Shown here: positions 10,028 to 19,442 of the stretch, piece by piece
Numbering within the stretch: the first letter of the stretch is position 1
How the letters are laid out: each line of letters begins with the position of its first letter
Source of the DNA: Candidatus Dojkabacteria bacterium
Lineage (GTDB): Bacteria; Patescibacteriota; Dojkabacteria; J137
Reading direction: 5' to 3'
Assembly (NCBI GenBank): GCA_025999215.1
Contig: AP024679.1
Location: 505,924-569,923, forward strand
DNA length: 64,000 nt
Made by a program: the position numbers and the translations under genes
The notes under the pieces: model-generated
The model's database searches: none
What the model was told of the DNA's origin: nothing
The model's input: the letters and a program-made list of their open reading frames with translations, nothing else

Positions 10028-10359
10028 TCTTCGTCTGATACTTCTTTGAGTACTGGCACTAATTTCAACTTTTTCCCATTTCTTTTAATTTCATCTTGAG
10101 AGGTTTCAATTAGTTCTACTCGGATTAACTCTTTTAATAACTCTTGTCTTTCTTTGAGTTCATTAATTTTTTCTTTAAGTTTTTTTACTTCTTCGGTGTC
10201 TTTAATTTCATCTCTTAATTTTTTGACTTTTTTATTCAATTGTTGCAATTCATCGTAATTGGGATGATCTTCTGTGACTGCTTTTAAATCTCGCCTTAGA
10301 GCTTTTATTTGCTCTTTTATATCAAAATATTCACTTGCTTTGTCTTTAGAATCATCCAT
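10024..10359 (-). CDS. Hypothetical coiled-coil protein
   Basis: Heptad-rich K/E/L composition. Confidence 0.65.
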   Translation of the reverse strand: MDDSKDKASEYFDIKEQIKALRRDLKAVTEDHPNYDELQQLNKKVKKLRDEIKDTEEVKKLKEKINELKERQELLKELIRVELIETSQDEIKRNGKKLKLVPVLKEVSDED

Positions 10360-10550
10360 AATTTTTTAATTAATAAAATATTTTACCAGTTCAGTTTAAT
10401 ACAAAAGATTAAATTTTTAAAGTTTTTGAGTGAAGATTTTTACAAAACATGACTAAAATTAAGATATATTTAAAAAATAAAAAATTGAGGTTTAATAAAC
10501 TTTGTTTATAGGTTTATGCGATGTAAGTATTTTAGGTTTAATTTATACTT

Positions 10551-11897
10551 CTACCAAAATATTACCAAAGTTCCTGCCAATGTAAGTGTTAATCCAATTA
10601 GCAGTATATTTCCAAATTCTCTACTGCCAAACATTTTGCCGTAAATCATCTTGGCAACAATATTAAAAGCATTGCCAAGAAGTATGCCAGTGATCGCTAA
10701 ATTTGTTGTAAGGGATTGACTAGCATTAAGGTCAGATATTGCAAATGTAGGTGCATCCATGCCTATTACTCCTGACAGAGCCGTTACAACTAGAAAAATA
10801 TTATCAATAGAGGTTAACTGTGCCAGTTGTATAAATATTTTAATAGTGATTATTAATATTACAAATTTCATTGCCGGGATTAATGAAAAAGGTTCACTGC
10901 TTAGTTCTATTTTTTCCCGAGTTTTAGGTTTAACATAAACAATCAAAATTATCCCTAAAATTAAGCCAATTGTTCCCATTGCTAAGAATGGAGGTAGAAT
11001 TTCTTTAAATAACTTAAAATTACTAACATAAACAATCATTAAAATTTGAATGAAGCTTACAGAATTAGCAATTAGCGCTGAGCCAGCGTTGATTACAGAA
11101 ATTTCATGAGTGAGATTATTTTTACTTTGCTGAGCTAAAGATATGATAGTTGATGTTGATGATACAAGACCACCAAATAAACCCTCAGCAAGTAAGCTTC
11201 CTTTGGTACCAACAAATTTACTTAATATATAACCCATTAAATTGAAACCTGATATTAGTACTACAACAAGCCAGATATTAAATGGATTAATAATCTCAAA
11301 TGTTTGAAATTTTAAACTCAAGCTATCAGCATTAAGGTTAAGTAATTCAAAAACTTCACTTAAGGTGTAAGATTTATCAGGTAGAATTGGTAAAATAACA
11401 ATTCCAATTAACCCAAATTTTGTTAAATCAATAATTTCTTGGTGATTAATTTGTTTTACAAGTTGTCCTAAACCTCTTTTTTGAGATAGGAAAAATGTGA
11501 GAATCACTAAAATTGCCAAAATAACAGTTAGATCAAGAATTTGTGAAGTAGCTAAAAATCCAAGTAAAAAGGTTATTATGATGGCTATTTCGGTGGTCAT
11601 TCCGAAGAGATGTTTCCATTGTACATTTAAAACGTAAGCAGAAAAAACAAGAATAATTAAACTTCCAAAAATCATGTAAACTAAGGGCATTTCGCCCTCC
11701 AAAAACAATAAACCTGCAATTGCTCCAATTAGAGAGATTACGGAGTAGGTTCTTACTCCGCCGATTCTTTGTTGCTCATCACTTTGGGCTTTTCTGAAGC
11801 CTTTTTCATCTACCTCTCTGGTTTCAGTTTCAAGTCCTAGTATTGCTCCAAAAGCAACTGCCAAAATTATTCTTGTTATAATTTCAAACTGTGTCAT
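10551..11897 (-). CDS. MgtC/SapB-family membrane protein with DUF4010 domain
   Basis: GAILGLE, GGVRTY, GMTTE, PILPD, GGLVSST motifs; many TM helices. Confidence 0.85.
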   Translation of the reverse strand: MTQFEIITRIILAVAFGAILGLETETREVDEKGFRKAQSDEQQRIGGVRTYSVISLIGAIAGLLFLEGEMPLVYMIFGSLIILVFSAYVLNVQWKHLFGMTTEIAIIITFLLGFLATSQILDLTVILAILVILTFFLSQKRGLGQLVKQINHQEIIDLTKFGLIGIVILPILPDKSYTLSEVFELLNLNADSLSLKFQTFEIINPFNIWLVVVLISGFNLMGYILSKFVGTKGSLLAEGLFGGLVSSTSTIISLAQQSKNNLTHEISVINAGSALIANSVSFIQILMIVYVSNFKLFKEILPPFLAMGTIGLILGIILIVYVKPKTREKIELSSEPFSLIPAMKFVILIITIKIFIQLAQLTSIDNIFLVVTALSGVIGMDAPTFAISDLNASQSLTTNLAITGILLGNAFNIVAKMIYGKMFGSREFGNILLIGLTLTLAGTLVIFW

Positions 11898-12041
11898 TTG
11901 TACATAGTCTACTAAATTTTGGCATTAAGTGAAAGAAAGTTTTAGAGAAATTATAAGATTAGTAAGATTTTTAAATGGTTTTTTTAGAAAAATTTTTACT
12001 TAAAATTTAAAAAGTCATTTTATGTTAGAATTTTCTAAGAT

Positions 12042-13055
12042 ATGAAACAAAAATTAATAGTAATTGGTGGTCCCACTGCTGTGGGCAAAACTGAACTTGC
12101 AATTCAAATTGCCAGGAGTTTTAATGGAGAATTAATTAATGCTGATTCACGCCAAATTTATAAATACTTATCAATTGGAACTAACAAAGGCAATTTAGGT
12201 TCATCTTCCCAATCGTACAACGAGCAAGAATTAAAAAAGTTATTATCCAAATTAAATACTAAAATTGATGAGTTACCTATCAAAACAATAGAATCTATTC
12301 CGATACATTTAGTAGATTTTCTTGATCCTGATCAAGTTTTTAGCGCTTTTGATTATAAAAAATTGGCATACTTTGCAATAGATGAAATAATATCAAGAGA
12401 TAAACTTCCAATTTTGGTTGGCGGTACAGGGTTGTATATTGATGTTGTTGTAAAAGATTATGTTGAGTTTGACTATAACATTAGCAACGAAGAAAGAGAA
12501 ATTTTAAAAAATAAATTTAGAAATTTGACAATAAATGAACTTCAAAAATTACTAATCGATAAAGCTGAATTTATTTTTGAACAATTAAATTACAGTGATA
12601 AAAAAAATCCAGTAAGGTTGCAAAGAATTCTTGAAAAAATCTATATTTTAGAATTCCACAATAAAGATATTTCAAAAAACATATCTATAATTCTAGGCCA
12701 AAAGCGTGAATGCAAGTATGATGTTATTTTTCTATATAAAAATTACCATTGGGAGAGTTTGAAAACTAAAATGAAACAAAGAGTAAAAGAAATGTTTAAT
12801 CAAGGTTTAATAGATGAAACAAGAAAACTCCTAGATATGGGTTACGGTAAAAATTGTCCTGCATTAAGTTCGGTTGGTTATTCTGAAGTTATAAAATTTT
12901 TGGAAGGTAATATGTCAAAAGATATTTGTGAAGAAAAAGTTTACTATTCACATGTAAAATATGCCAGAAAGCAAAGAACATGGTTTGAAGGAAAAGGGAG
13001 AGGTTACAATTTAATTAAAGTAGATAGTGCTAATGATGTAAAAAATTTAATTTAA
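12042..13055 (+). CDS. miaA: tRNA dimethylallyltransferase
   Basis: GPTAVGKT, NADSRQIY, VGGTGLY and YARKQRTWF motifs. Confidence 0.95.
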   Translation: MKQKLIVIGGPTAVGKTELAIQIARSFNGELINADSRQIYKYLSIGTNKGNLGSSSQSYNEQELKKLLSKLNTKIDELPIKTIESIPIHLVDFLDPDQVFSAFDYKKLAYFAIDEIISRDKLPILVGGTGLYIDVVVKDYVEFDYNISNEEREILKNKFRNLTINELQKLLIDKAEFIFEQLNYSDKKNPVRLQRILEKIYILEFHNKDISKNISIILGQKRECKYDVIFLYKNYHWESLKTKMKQRVKEMFNQGLIDETRKLLDMGYGKNCPALSSVGYSEVIKFLEGNMSKDICEEKVYYSHVKYARKQRTWFEGKGRGYNLIKVDSANDVKNLI

Positions 13056-14225
13056 ATTTTCTTCGTATAAATTATTGTAAAAGTTTATTAGTTTTTGGGT
13101 TAATTCTTCCCATGATTGACTTTGTGCGAATTTAATACCTTGTTTTGAAAGAGTGTCTTTGATTTTAGGATTGTCTAGGATTTCTTCAATTTTTTCAGAA
13201 TATTTTGATGCTCTGTTATCTTTTATTTTGAAACCTGTTAAATTATTTGTAACAAGCTCACTGGGACCTCCAGCATCGCTAACAACTACTGGACAACCAC
13301 ATGCCATAGCTTCAAGCACAACATTTCCAAATGTCTCTGTATCTGATGTAAACAAGAAACAATCTGCAGAAGCGTAAAATTTGGGTAATTGTTTGTGTGG
13401 TAATTTCCCTAGAAAAAAAGCTTTTGGCATATGTTTTTGAAGTTTATTTTTATGTGGTCCGTCACCAATTATTATAAAGTTTACATCATCTCTTTTGGTT
13501 TCTAAATGATTATATATTTCAATTAATTTTTGCAATCCTTTGTACCATACAAGTCGACCAACAAAGAGTATGTTTTTGTTATGGTTTTTGGTGATATTTA
13601 TATAAAGATTGAGATCTTTTTGGTTTGGATTAAAAACATTTGTATCTATTCCCCTTCTCCAAGTACTTATTAAATTAGGTTTAATTCCGTAATTAATTAA
13701 TTCATTTTTTATAATTTCGGTTGGAACAAGCACAATATTTGTTTTATTATAAAAATTTTTTAAATATTTGACTAAAACCTTAAACGCTATAGGGTACATA
13801 AAACTATTTCTATGAAAGTAGTATTTCAGGTAGCTTAAAAAATGCGTATGATAAATTGTTAAAGTTGGGATTTTATTTTTATTAGCATATTTAAGAGCGT
13901 ATGGTCCTGAAAAAAAGGGAGTGGTTATGTGTATGATATCAGGATTAAAATTATTTAGTTCTTTTTTTAATTTTAAACTCAAACTTGGCAATGCTATGGG
14001 GTAATCTTTGTAAAATGGTAATTTAGTTGAGGGGATTTTTAAACTTCTAAATTGAAAAGATTTTTTATCAGTTGGTGGTTTTGCGCTTATCAAAAGAACG
14101 TCAAAATTTTCTCTTGGGAGTTTATTAAAAACTGTATAAAGTGTCATAGAAACTCCATCAAAACTCTCAGATGACATTCCGTCCGAAAAAAGGGCAATTT
14201 TTATTTTTTTCTGTCCTGTTTTCAC
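13047..14225 (-). CDS. GT4 family glycosyltransferase
   Basis: DGV, YHT, FVGRL..KG and ETFGNVVLEAMACG motifs. Confidence 0.9.
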   Translation of the reverse strand: MKTGQKKIKIALFSDGMSSESFDGVSMTLYTVFNKLPRENFDVLLISAKPPTDKKSFQFRSLKIPSTKLPFYKDYPIALPSLSLKLKKELNNFNPDIIHITTPFFSGPYALKYANKNKIPTLTIYHTHFLSYLKYYFHRNSFMYPIAFKVLVKYLKNFYNKTNIVLVPTEIIKNELINYGIKPNLISTWRRGIDTNVFNPNQKDLNLYINITKNHNKNILFVGRLVWYKGLQKLIEIYNHLETKRDDVNFIIIGDGPHKNKLQKHMPKAFFLGKLPHKQLPKFYASADCFLFTSDTETFGNVVLEAMACGCPVVVSDAGGPSELVTNNLTGFKIKDNRASKYSEKIEEILDNPKIKDTLSKQGIKFAQSQSWEELTQKLINFYNNLYEENLN

Positions 14226-14236
14226 TCAACTAAAAT

Positions 14237-14644
14237 TTAGGATTTTATCTTTTTGTAAACGTCTTCTATGGTTTCAGTTACTTGATATTTTCTAAGCTCT
14301 TGCCAAATATTTAAAGATTCTTTTTTGTATCTGGGCACTACATGAAAGTGAAGATGCTCAATTTCTTGATTTGCTTCTCTTCCGTTTGAAGAAACTATAT
14401 TAATACCATCTGCTCCTAGTTTATCTTTAAGCAATATTGCTACTTCTTTGGCAAGTACAATAACATCACCTAAAATATTTTCTGGAGTATCGAAAATGTT
14501 TCTATATGGATACTTAGGTACAACCAAACTATGTCCTTCAGTTACAGGATTAATATCTAAAAATGCAAAAGCGTTTTCATTTTCACCCAATTTAAAACAT
14601 GGAATTTCACCTTTTACTATTTTGGTAAATACTGTTTCTCTCAT
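14237..14644 (-). CDS. HIT family nucleotide hydrolase
   Basis: AFLDINP, GHSLVVPK and HLHFHVVPR motifs. Confidence 0.92.
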   Translation of the reverse strand: MRETVFTKIVKGEIPCFKLGENENAFAFLDINPVTEGHSLVVPKYPYRNIFDTPENILGDVIVLAKEVAILLKDKLGADGINIVSSNGREANQEIEHLHFHVVPRYKKESLNIWQELRKYQVTETIEDVYKKIKS

Positions 14645-14664
14645 AAATAATAAAAGATTTAAAA

Positions 14665-16776
14665 TTAATTCATGTTATTAAAAGTATCAATTAGTAATTG
14701 AATATGCATTTCTAACATTTCATCAAAATTTTTGTTGAGCATTTCTGCCATTTTTTGTACACCAAAGTTGATATCATCTCTATTGATTTTGGCTGCAAAT
14801 GACTTATTTTTCATTTGTTTAATTACTTTTGATACTTGCATATTTTTAAACTTTTCTGGTCTCATTAAAGCGTATGCATAGATCAAACCTGATAATTCAT
14901 CAGTCGCAATTAAAGCTGCATCTAGTAAATTTCGTGGATTTGGCCCTTTACCAACATAGTGAGCTTTTACTGCTTGAATTAATGCATCTGGATAACCTCT
15001 TTCTTTAAACCATTCAATAGCCATATCAGGGTGTTGATCTGGATGTAAGAAATAGTCAACATCATGGAGCAATCCAGTAATAAACCATAATTCAGAATTT
15101 TCATCAAGTTTTTTCGCCCATGCCTCAAGAGCTTTGGCAACCATTAGTGCATGAGTTTTTTGATATTCATCAGATACTTTCTCATTAAGAAAGTCTATTG
15201 CCTCTTGACGACTTGGAAGCCCCTCAAGATTTTCATTATTAGTACTAAAATTTTTTTCAGCTTCAAATTTAATATGTGGATAGATTTTTTTTGTAGTTTC
15301 ATCAATGTAATATTTCAACTGAGGAAAAGGAACACCTTCTTTTGCTGTAACATTTTCAAAGAACCAAAAAACTCTTTCTGACAAACCAAAACCTACAGCT
15401 GGAGGCATGCCGTATTCAAGCATTTCAACGAAATCAATATCAAGCATATGAGCTTCATCGTCACCCGATTCTCTCAATTCTTGTTGTTCTAAAAATCTCT
15501 CAAGTTGATCAATTGGATCGTTTAATTCTCCAAAAGCATTTGCTAGTTCGCTGCCAGCTATTACAGGGTGAAATCTTTGTGTTAACTCTTTATTTTCTGG
15601 ATCTGATTTTGCCAAAGGAGATAAAAATTTAGGTACATTAACCAAAAATGCTGGCCCTCCAATGGTTTTTCTTATCAACTTCCAAAGATTATCCACAGCT
15701 CTGTTGCGGTTTACATTATCTCCTAACTCTACTCCGTTATCTTTTAGAATTTGTAACATTTTGTCAACACTATCTTCAAAAACATCAACATCAAATGTAT
15801 CTTTAATCACTTTTACAAAATCTATCTCTTCCCACTCGGAGTTTAAGTCCACATTAAAACCTTTAATGTTAAACTTTGTAGTTCCGTAAACTTTTTGCAA
15901 AACATACCTATACATCTCTTTGGTTAACTCCATTCCATCTCGAGCGTCTGCATAAGCCCAATAAAACTCCATTGCAATATGTTCAGGCAAGTGTTCATCA
16001 CTAAATCCTTCGTTTCTAAATCTTGGCCCAATATCGTAAACTTTTTCATATCCTGCTCCTAACAGACGTTTGAGAGGAAGTTCATGAGATATTCTTAAAT
16101 AAAAATCTTGATCTAGAGCGTCATAATGTGTAACGAATGGTTTTGCATCTGCTCCTCCAGTAACATGCTCTAAAACTGGAATATTAATTTCAATAAAGCC
16201 TTTACTATTCAAAAATTCACGAATTGCATTCCAGAATTCACTTCTTCTCACAAATCTCTCTCTTATTTCAGGATGAAGTTGCATATCAAGGTATCGTCTT
16301 CTATATCTTTCCTCTTTATCTTCCAAGTTGGTAGGTAATGGTCTGATGGCTTTGGTAAGCATTCTTAATTTGTGCACCAAAACAGAAATTTCACCACTTT
16401 TGGTTTTAGTTATGATTCCTTCAGCTTCGACAATGTCTCCAACATCTATCAAATCAAGATCTTCAAAACCTATGCTTTGTTTTTCTGTATCGGTAGGTAA
16501 AAGCTCATCTGATTTAATGTACAACTGAATTTCACCAAAAAAGTCTCTCAAATCATAAAACACAATTTTACCATGTGATCTTTTACTCCAGACTCTACCG
16601 GCAACACATACATTTTTACCTTTGAGCTCTTCAAAAGAATTTAGAATTTGCTGAGTCGTATGGGTTCTGAATGATTTTGGAGGAAAAGGATCAATACCTA
16701 ACTTTCTTAACTTGTTTAATTTTTCAATTCGTAACTTACGTTGACCAATGAGATCTGAAGATTCTGAAGCACTCAT
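14665..16776 (-). CDS. lysS: Class II lysyl-tRNA synthetase fused to a C-terminal HD-superfamily domain
   Basis: OB fold, RYRRRYLD, YLRISHEL, FRNEG, ELANAFGELND and YGMPPAVG motifs; then H...GLLHDVDY...H...H...DEL HD domain. Confidence 0.93.
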   Translation of the reverse strand: MSASESSDLIGQRKLRIEKLNKLRKLGIDPFPPKSFRTHTTQQILNSFEELKGKNVCVAGRVWSKRSHGKIVFYDLRDFFGEIQLYIKSDELLPTDTEKQSIGFEDLDLIDVGDIVEAEGIITKTKSGEISVLVHKLRMLTKAIRPLPTNLEDKEERYRRRYLDMQLHPEIRERFVRRSEFWNAIREFLNSKGFIEINIPVLEHVTGGADAKPFVTHYDALDQDFYLRISHELPLKRLLGAGYEKVYDIGPRFRNEGFSDEHLPEHIAMEFYWAYADARDGMELTKEMYRYVLQKVYGTTKFNIKGFNVDLNSEWEEIDFVKVIKDTFDVDVFEDSVDKMLQILKDNGVELGDNVNRNRAVDNLWKLIRKTIGGPAFLVNVPKFLSPLAKSDPENKELTQRFHPVIAGSELANAFGELNDPIDQLERFLEQQELRESGDDEAHMLDIDFVEMLEYGMPPAVGFGLSERVFWFFENVTAKEGVPFPQLKYYIDETTKKIYPHIKFEAEKNFSTNNENLEGLPSRQEAIDFLNEKVSDEYQKTHALMVAKALEAWAKKLDENSELWFITGLLHDVDYFLHPDQHPDMAIEWFKERGYPDALIQAVKAHYVGKGPNPRNLLDAALIATDELSGLIYAYALMRPEKFKNMQVSKVIKQMKNKSFAAKINRDDINFGVQKMAEMLNKNFDEMLEMHIQLLIDTFNNMN

Positions 16777-16777
16777 T

Positions 16778-18049
16778 TTAAATTTTATTAATATTTATTT
16801 TCTGGGTAGTTAGCGTCATTTTACCTAATTTTTCAAACTTTCTCAATAAAAAACGAAAATTTATGTTTATCTTAAATACAAAAAAACCAGCTAAAATACC
16901 CATTAAAATATCAATTGTATAATGTGAATGAGAGATAATTAGAAGTGCCGCAACTAAAAATGACAAGATTAGTTTTAAAAATTTTAAATTAAAATTAAAG
17001 GATTTATCAGATAAATACACATAAAATGCATAAGCGGTATGACCAGAAAAATACATTCCTTGGTAAAACAAAACAGTGAGTTCAGGTATTAAACCTTTGT
17101 AGGAAGGATCATCTAATTGCGCAAGTGGATTTAAAATTATGAAAAATGAACGAAGCAAGTAAATTAACCCTACTTTTGCAATTAAGTTTGGAAAGTTTTC
17201 AAGATCAAATCTAATGCTTGAATATAAAAATAAAAAAATGATTACCTGCATAATTATCTCTGCCAGATTGCCAGCGATTTTAATTTGAGGTAATAATTCT
17301 ATAAGTAAATCATTTGGTTGATAAGTTTGGCTGTATGTTTCTTTTATAAAAATGCCAGCGATTGGAGTTGCTACTACTCCAGCTAAAAAGATATTTATCG
17401 CATAGAAATATTGCGTTTTGTTATGTTTAAGATGAGATTTAAAATCTGTAAAAGTGTATTTTTCTACTACTGTTACATTTTGCTTAACAGGAATTAAAAA
17501 TTTTAAACTAAAGTTTTTCAAGAAAAATGCTAAAAAGAAACTACTTGCAATGCTTGATGAATAGACTAAATTAAAATTAAAGAAAATTATACTTGAGAAA
17601 AAAATAAAAATTAAAATAAAATTTTTAAAGATTTTGTTATGGGTGTGAAAAATTAATAAAAATAAGTGTGTAAAAAAGCTTGATACAAAGCCTAGATTCA
17701 TAATTGAGAAAAGTAAAGCAATTTTTTCATTGTTAAAATAAAAACTAACTGGTGTTGAGATAAAAAATATTGCCTGTATCCACAAAGTAGCGCCCAGTTG
17801 AGCTACCATTTTGCTGCTATATTTTTTTAGCAAAAAAGTTATTAGTATTACAAAATAAATAACATAAACTAACAATAACAAATAAATTTCAAAGTTTTTA
17901 AGCACTTGAAAACTAATATATGTAAGCTCTGGTGGAGTTATTAAGTTTGTTTTTTTAAATTTTTCAAAAATTAATATATTTACAAAAAAACCTGTAAATA
18001 ATATTAAAAATGAAAGTAAATTTTTGTTTGAAATCAAATTTTTTTTCAC
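16778..18049 (-). CDS. Polytopic membrane protein with C-terminal PAP2_C/sphingomyelin-synthase-like domain
   Basis: LLRxxxxxxxPL, MYFSGHT and SHYTIDI motifs; GTG start. Confidence 0.7.
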   Translation of the reverse strand: MKKNLISNKNLLSFLILFTGFFVNILIFEKFKKTNLITPPELTYISFQVLKNFEIYLLLLVYVIYFVILITFLLKKYSSKMVAQLGATLWIQAIFFISTPVSFYFNNEKIALLFSIMNLGFVSSFFTHLFLLIFHTHNKIFKNFILIFIFFSSIIFFNFNLVYSSSIASSFFLAFFLKNFSLKFLIPVKQNVTVVEKYTFTDFKSHLKHNKTQYFYAINIFLAGVVATPIAGIFIKETYSQTYQPNDLLIELLPQIKIAGNLAEIIMQVIIFLFLYSSIRFDLENFPNLIAKVGLIYLLRSFFIILNPLAQLDDPSYKGLIPELTVLFYQGMYFSGHTAYAFYVYLSDKSFNFNLKFLKLILSFLVAALLIISHSHYTIDILMGILAGFFVFKININFRFLLRKFEKLGKMTLTTQKININKI

Positions 18050-18053
18050 GATG

Positions 18054-19442
18054 CTAATTTAGCTCATCAATAACTGAATTATTAAGCCGTTCACCACCAA
18101 TTAAATTTTCAAAAAGTCTAAAGCCCTCAATTATTGAATTTATATCATTACCTTCAACATTGAGTCTCAAAATAGGTTCCGTATTAGATTTTCTAATGTT
18201 TGCACTCCATTTATCGGTGTGGTAGCTTAATCCGTCTACTTTTTCTGGTTTTAAATCTAATGAATTTTCAATCTTTTGCAATGTTTCATCAATATTTTGT
18301 ACTTTAAAATTGACTTCACCAGACACTGGATAATTTTCGATTAAAAATTTTAGTTTTTCAGCAAAATCAAAACCAAATGAGTACATTTTAAAAAATAGAC
18401 TCATAGTATAGAATGCACTATCTGCGTAAAAAAAATCTCTGTAAAAAAAATGTGAACTTTGTTCTGCGCCAAAAATAGCATTATATTTTTTTAAGCTTTG
18501 TTTGAAATAAGCATGTCCAGAAACACTAACCATAGGCTTTCCTCCTGCTTTAATTACAGTTTCCCTAATTGCTCTGTTAACTCGCGCATCATGAAGAATT
18601 ATCTCTCCAGGGTAACTTTTTAATAAAAATTCAGCGATCATTGACCCAGTGTAAAGACCGCTTGAAGCATTACCAAATTTATCAAAAAAGAAAACTCTAT
18701 CTGAATCACCGTCAAGCGCTATCCCTAAATCATACTCTCCGTTTTTAATGGTGTTAGTCAAATCAAGTGTATTTTCTATTTTAAGTGGATCAGGAACATG
18801 ATTAGGAAAGCTAGAGTCAGGTTCAAAATACATTCTATGCACTTCAAATGGTAAATCTCCAAACACAATATCAAAAAACTTGCCACCAAGCCCATTCCCA
18901 GCATCTATAGCAATTTTTAATCGTGGAATTTCAATATTTTTTAAATTGCTTTGAATAAATTCTATAAATGGATCAATAGATTGCACAATTCTTTTGCCCT
19001 TTGCGTTTGTTTTTTTGTATTTAGCTTCTCTCATTATTTCAATTATTTCGGACATACCTTTTTCCATAAAAATAGGAGAAACATCACCAAATACCATTTT
19101 GCAACCGTTATATTCGCTTGGATTGTGAGATGCTGTTATTGTAACCCCACCATCTACTTTTCCTTGTAAAATTCCAACAGTGAAATACAAAACTTCTGTG
19201 GGTATTTCATTTAATTCAATAGCGTTAGTGCCAGAATCAATTAGCCCGTTAATAAAAGCTTCATAAAATTTAACTGATGAATCTCTGAAATCTCTTCCAA
19301 CTACAATTGTCTTTGCGTTTAGATACGTTGATAAAGCTCGAGCAAGATAGTAATAAAAATTTTCATCTAATACATCCCCTATAATTCCTCTGATGTCGTA
19401 GGTTTTAAAAACTTTTTGAAGACTTTGGAGTTTGAATTTCAT
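18054..19442 (-). CDS. Phosphomannomutase/phosphoglucomutase
   Basis: FKTYDIRG, TASHNP, DGDSDR, AEQSSH and RKSNTEP motifs. Confidence 0.92.
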   Translation of the reverse strand: MKFKLQSLQKVFKTYDIRGIIGDVLDENFYYYLARALSTYLNAKTIVVGRDFRDSSVKFYEAFINGLIDSGTNAIELNEIPTEVLYFTVGILQGKVDGGVTITASHNPSEYNGCKMVFGDVSPIFMEKGMSEIIEIMREAKYKKTNAKGKRIVQSIDPFIEFIQSNLKNIEIPRLKIAIDAGNGLGGKFFDIVFGDLPFEVHRMYFEPDSSFPNHVPDPLKIENTLDLTNTIKNGEYDLGIALDGDSDRVFFFDKFGNASSGLYTGSMIAEFLLKSYPGEIILHDARVNRAIRETVIKAGGKPMVSVSGHAYFKQSLKKYNAIFGAEQSSHFFYRDFFYADSAFYTMSLFFKMYSFGFDFAEKLKFLIENYPVSGEVNFKVQNIDETLQKIENSLDLKPEKVDGLSYHTDKWSANIRKSNTEPILRLNVEGNDINSIIEGFRLFENLIGGERLNNSVIDELN

